Of a DNA stretch of 64,000 nt, positions 60,592 through 64,000 are shown piece after piece; the first letter of the stretch is position 1, and every line of letters starts with the position of its first letter. The stretch is from an uncultured virus (IMG/VR IMGVR_UViG_3300025769_000088). Lineage: Duplodnaviria > Heunggongvirae > Uroviricota > Caudoviricetes. The position numbers and the translations under genes are program-made. The notes below the pieces were generated by a model. That model was not told the origin of the DNA. It worked only from the letters and a program-made list of their open reading frames with translations, and made no database searches. The stretch lies in IMG/VR virus record IMGVR_UViG_3300025769_000088; one strand, written 5' to 3'.

Positions 60592-62136
60592 TTAGCTGCC
60601 TGCGGCTGTCGGCAGGTAGTCAAAGAACACGGCAGCCAGAATATGATTCAAAGTGCTGGCGACATCAATGCCGTTGGCACCTTCACTGGTCAGTGGAAGC
60701 TTGATCGGAGAATCTGCTTCAACGTTTGCCAGTGCTCCTGAGCCAGCCAGTAGTGGGATGTCGAAACTGATTCCCGTGTTCTGGTGGTACAAACTGAAGT
60801 CGACCGTCAGGTCACTGTTGGATCGCACCGAGGCCAATGCCGAAACATTGGCAAAGAAGGCTTCGAGTTCCAGCTGAACTCCGAAGTCACCTTCCGACAT
60901 CTCAAAGGCACCTGTCGTACCAATCGCGAGGTTGCGCGACAGGTTATTGTTGATCGTCAATGTCAACTCACCGATCTGAGCAAACAGTGCCGCAGGATTA
61001 CTGTCCGTCGAAGAGACCACATTGATCTTGATGCGAGGCACGCTCGACGAAGAGTTGAAGGCGTCTTCAGCAACCAAGGCAGGACGAGTGCCTGACTTGA
61101 TGTTGCCTGCTGTCACCGTCTCATGATCAAGACCCATGAACGCGGCGTCGACAGTGACCTTCTCGGCCTCAGGAATGTTCAGAGCCAATTCACTGCAGAC
61201 GGCACCCGTGATGTACTCGGCCTGCACATCTCCTGGGCTGGAATCGTTCGGAGCACCGAGCTGGCGCTCGACCTGAAACGTCTTGCGAACGATCAGTGAT
61301 CCGACCTCGTTCTTGAGCAGTCGCCCCAGGAAGATGCGGATTGTTTTGCCGGTGCCGTCATCGGTGACCATCGTGCCTTGCGTCTTGTCGAAGGTCATGA
61401 CGTTGGCAGCCACCGATCGAACGCGGGCATAGCCATTGTTCGCTGCCGTCGCGAATTGTTCGGCGGTCAGGTCACCACCAATGTAGACCATCTCTCCCGG
61501 CAGAATGCCGAGTTCTGTTAGGTCTTTGGTGGTCGTAATCAGCGTTGGAAATCCGGACGTTGTCAGGATTTCGGCATCGCCAGAAGCGAACTCGTGTCCG
61601 ACCACAACCAGGCTGGCGTCAGTCGGAGGAGTCTCGTCGACAGTTACGTCTTCATCGACAACCACCGTGGTCGTTGTAGAGCTGGCAACTGTGAACAAGG
61701 CATTATTCGCAGAATTAGTGAAGCCCGACGCAAGTACCAGGTCGTTGACCAGGAAATCGTCACCATCGGCATCGACCGTGAAAGTCTCGGTGGCTGCATC
61801 CACATCCGTGATCTCGGTGTCGTTGGCGTTGATCTTCTCCGCCTTACGCCGGGCAACCGAGTACAGGTAGCCTTCCAGCAGAGCAAACATGTTGCTGTAG
61901 GTCAGGTCGCTGTTGAACCCAGCCTTGGCCTCAACGTCGACCACCGGTCCTTTGCGGCCCATGCGGTCAGACTTGATCGGCTTACGTGGAGCCGTGGTAA
62001 TATCACCCCCGACGTCGTCGTAGCCGTTCGGCTCGTAAGGAGTCCATACAGGAGTTCCTGGCAAAACACCGATCGAGTCTTCGACCGCGATGCTGAGCTG
62101 TGTTTTATTACTGGAGATCGCTTGTAGTTCAGCCAT
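60592..62136 (-). CDS. Major tail (tube) protein with an inserted domain
   Basis: Position; EPN.Y.D.GG.IT...R.PI...R...KG. Confidence 0.85.
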   Translation of the reverse strand: MAELQAISSNKTQLSIAVEDSIGVLPGTPVWTPYEPNGYDDVGGDITTAPRKPIKSDRMGRKGPVVDVEAKAGFNSDLTYSNMFALLEGYLYSVARRKAEKINANDTEITDVDAATETFTVDADGDDFLVNDLVLASGFTNSANNALFTVASSTTTTVVVDEDVTVDETPPTDASLVVVGHEFASGDAEILTTSGFPTLITTTKDLTELGILPGEMVYIGGDLTAEQFATAANNGYARVRSVAANVMTFDKTQGTMVTDDGTGKTIRIFLGRLLKNEVGSLIVRKTFQVERQLGAPNDSSPGDVQAEYITGAVCSELALNIPEAEKVTVDAAFMGLDHETVTAGNIKSGTRPALVAEDAFNSSSSVPRIKINVVSSTDSNPAALFAQIGELTLTINNNLSRNLAIGTTGAFEMSEGDFGVQLELEAFFANVSALASVRSNSDLTVDFSLYHQNTGISFDIPLLAGSGALANVEADSPIKLPLTSEGANGIDVASTLNHILAAVFFDYLPTAAGS

Positions 62137-62636
62137 CAGGTCACCTCGTCAAATTGAAATTCGGTAAGGAAGTCCACGCGAAATACGAGACCACCTCTGA
62201 TTTTACCAATTACTTGAGTCCGAGGATTCTTGAAGAAGACCCCGCCAGAAGTACTCGTCCCTTTGAACGCCTTGCCTGCCATTGTAGCCAGTGCCATTGC
62301 CAGAAAAAGCCCATCTCCAGCAGGCACATTGATCTGCAATGTCAGTGTTCCGGTGTGCTCGAATCGATTCGCTCCCGAGTTGCGACCTACGTTTGTCTGA
62401 CGACTGGTAGCAGGTTGCCATAGCAGTTGAGCCCAGGGGGCGATGTTGTTTCCTGTTGCCGACTCGCGGTCGCGAACTACCGCATCTACTTTGTTCGGAA
62501 ATTGAATGGGGACGCCGTCAATGACAAGGTCTCCATCCACATGGTCCAGCGTCCAGGTTGCTTCAGGGTCGTGTTCCCAGACACTCAGCAGCTGGAGCAC
62601 CGATTGGTCGTATGCTTGTGACTCAGAGGCAGGCAT
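62136..62636 (-). CDS. Tail terminator-like protein
   Basis: Position; G...LQI.VP.GDG. Confidence 0.7.
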   Translation of the reverse strand: MPASESQAYDQSVLQLLSVWEHDPEATWTLDHVDGDLVIDGVPIQFPNKVDAVVRDRESATGNNIAPWAQLLWQPATSRQTNVGRNSGANRFEHTGTLTLQINVPAGDGLFLAMALATMAGKAFKGTSTSGGVFFKNPRTQVIGKIRGGLVFRVDFLTEFQFDEVT

Positions 62637-63061
62637 CAGGCTTCTACCTCCAGCCAATAAAACAGAACTGTTCCACCAGGATTTGGTCCGTAGACTGATT
62701 TAATGGCCCATGTCTTTTCTCCCTGCTGAACTGAAGTAAAATCGTCGAGCGTGACTCCTAACGCCGCTGGTCCTTTAGTGAGCCAGCCATCCGTCTGCGT
62801 CTGAATCAAATCCTGCAGAGCCTGCTGAATAAACTGCCCTTGAACCGTTGAGCGTATCTCTCCGATGGATACCGCGTTGGCAGTGACGAAGTGTCCCGCC
62901 GGAGCATTTGCCAGGTCCCATACTTCTACAGCAGGCTTTCGATGAGGAGCATCATTATCCACGACCGTTCGAGGAATCTTCAGGAAGGATACTTCCTGCC
63001 CAAACTCGTCGACCAACTCATTCACCAGCTCAGTGAATTCTGTGTAGTCGAACGTGGCCAT
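62636..63061 (-). CDS. Head-tail joining (stopper-like) protein
   Basis: Position; FDY......EL..EFG, P.PGG..L.Y. Confidence 0.7.
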   Translation of the reverse strand: MATFDYTEFTELVNELVDEFGQEVSFLKIPRTVVDNDAPHRKPAVEVWDLANAPAGHFVTANAVSIGEIRSTVQGQFIQQALQDLIQTQTDGWLTKGPAALGVTLDDFTSVQQGEKTWAIKSVYGPNPGGTVLFYWLEVEA

Positions 63062-63138
63062 GGAACGCTTTCTTAAAGGAGGCAGCCCGACAAGCAACAG
63101 CCAAGAAGCAGCCTGACTGCCTCCCTCACACAGGAATC

Positions 63139-63699
63139 TTAAATTCTAGTCATTCGTTTGGAGCTGGTACGTGCCAGAAACTTTTCAAGTAACAGATCAG
63201 CTGCCGGGTATTCTTTGAAGACCGAGTCGCGAACCAGAGAGGACTTCTGACGCAGCCCTCCGTTCTTCATGAACTTCTCACGCTTCTCGATCGGCCCAAT
63301 TTTCTTTTCGACTTCTTCAACTTCGAGACCTTGTGTTGAAGGATCAGCAATCAGCGCGGCAGTGATGGCCCTCACAGCGTACTCGCCAACCGCCTTCTGT
63401 AACTCTGGTGGAATCTCGACATTCGAATAGAGCAGCCGCTGATGCCGGTCGTAGACATTGTACCTGGGCCAGGACAACTCGTTGGTGTTATCGTTTTTGT
63501 CGCCGATCCACTTTTCACTGAACCGTTTTTCGATGTAGTCCGTCGCTTTGATCAGGATGTATTCCTTCTCAGCCTCGGTCGCCAGAGCATCCCACGCGGT
63601 ATTGCCGCCTCGGTCATCGAAGTAGGCTTGGACGAACGCCACGGTGGTGTAGGAGTTGGCATTTGCCACACCCGTCCCATCTTCGACGATCATTGTCAT
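63139..63699 (-). CDS. Head-tail adaptor (DnaT-like ssDNA-binding family)
   Basis: IVEDGTG..NANSY, L..ATDYI, L.WPR, IP..L..A..E.A, K.GPIE. Confidence 0.85.
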   Translation of the reverse strand: MTMIVEDGTGVANANSYTTVAFVQAYFDDRGGNTAWDALATEAEKEYILIKATDYIEKRFSEKWIGDKNDNTNELSWPRYNVYDRHQRLLYSNVEIPPELQKAVGEYAVRAITAALIADPSTQGLEVEEVEKKIGPIEKREKFMKNGGLRQKSSLVRDSVFKEYPAADLLLEKFLARTSSKRMTRI

Positions 63700-63740
63700 G
63701 GCGTTCTCCCAAGCTGATTACTTCGTTGACTGCTTCGCGA

Positions 63741-64000
63741 TTACGCCGTGCGGTTAAGCCCAGGGAAGGCTTCGTCCACTTCCTTGCGAGTGACGTTGGG
63801 AACGACTTCTCGCAGACCAGTGATGTTGACTTCGCCGTTCGACTTCCAGTACTTGTCCTCGTCGCGAGGAAGCTCTTCGAGCGTCTTGCGAAGTTCAGCG
63901 ACAGGTCCGGGGACTTCCCATGGGTTGGGAGTTGTGGCAGCCTCTTCCAACTTCTCTGCATCCTGCTTCACGACTTCTTTGACCGGCTCTTCTTTGACCG
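63741..64000 (-). CDS. Virion-region hypothetical protein, truncated by the window edge
   Basis: Open frame runs off the window end. Confidence 0.55.
   Translation of the reverse strand, partial: VKEEPVKEVVKQDAEKLEEAATTPNPWEVPGPVAELRKTLEELPRDEDKYWKSNGEVNITGLREVVPNVTRKEVDEAFPGLNRTA

Noticed and set aside
1..64000. Prophage or lysogeny module
   Set aside because: No integrase, CI-like repressor or host genes are recognisable; lifestyle cannot be determined from this window

Overview
About 64 kb of a siphovirus-like phage genome, coded almost entirely on the minus strand. Reading along the minus strand (right to left): head-tail joining genes, tail tube, a frameshifted tail chaperone, tape measure, lambda-like M/L/K/I/J tail-tip genes and two tail fibres (63.9-41.0 kb). 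A replication and DNA-metabolism block follows (SNF2 helicase, SSB-like protein, RecD/Dda helicase, family A polymerase, AEP primase-helicase, three methyltransferases, ThyX, MazG-like, 40.6-18 kb). Then come about 45 small early-type genes (18-2 kb), one plus-strand HNH-derived gene and a repeat-rich non-coding left end. No integrase, terminase, capsid or recognisable endolysin lies in the window. Several features suggest a Planctomycetota host (inference). The most unusual signals are non-coding: (1) an integron-type gene cassette with a canonical attC, whose methyltransferase gene runs backwards and takes its RBS and start codon from the attC; (2) four tRNA-like elements that keep acceptor stem and T-arm but have broken or replaced anticodon arms; (3) terminator-like hairpins whose loops are antisense to ribosome-binding leaders shared by groups of phage genes, one directly upstream of a CsrA homologue missing from the ORF track; (4) a recurrent TGG(C/T)CCTA element fused to the -10 box of sigma70 promoters; (5) repeated intergenic connector modules. 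All protein calls come from motif recognition by eye, not database searches.
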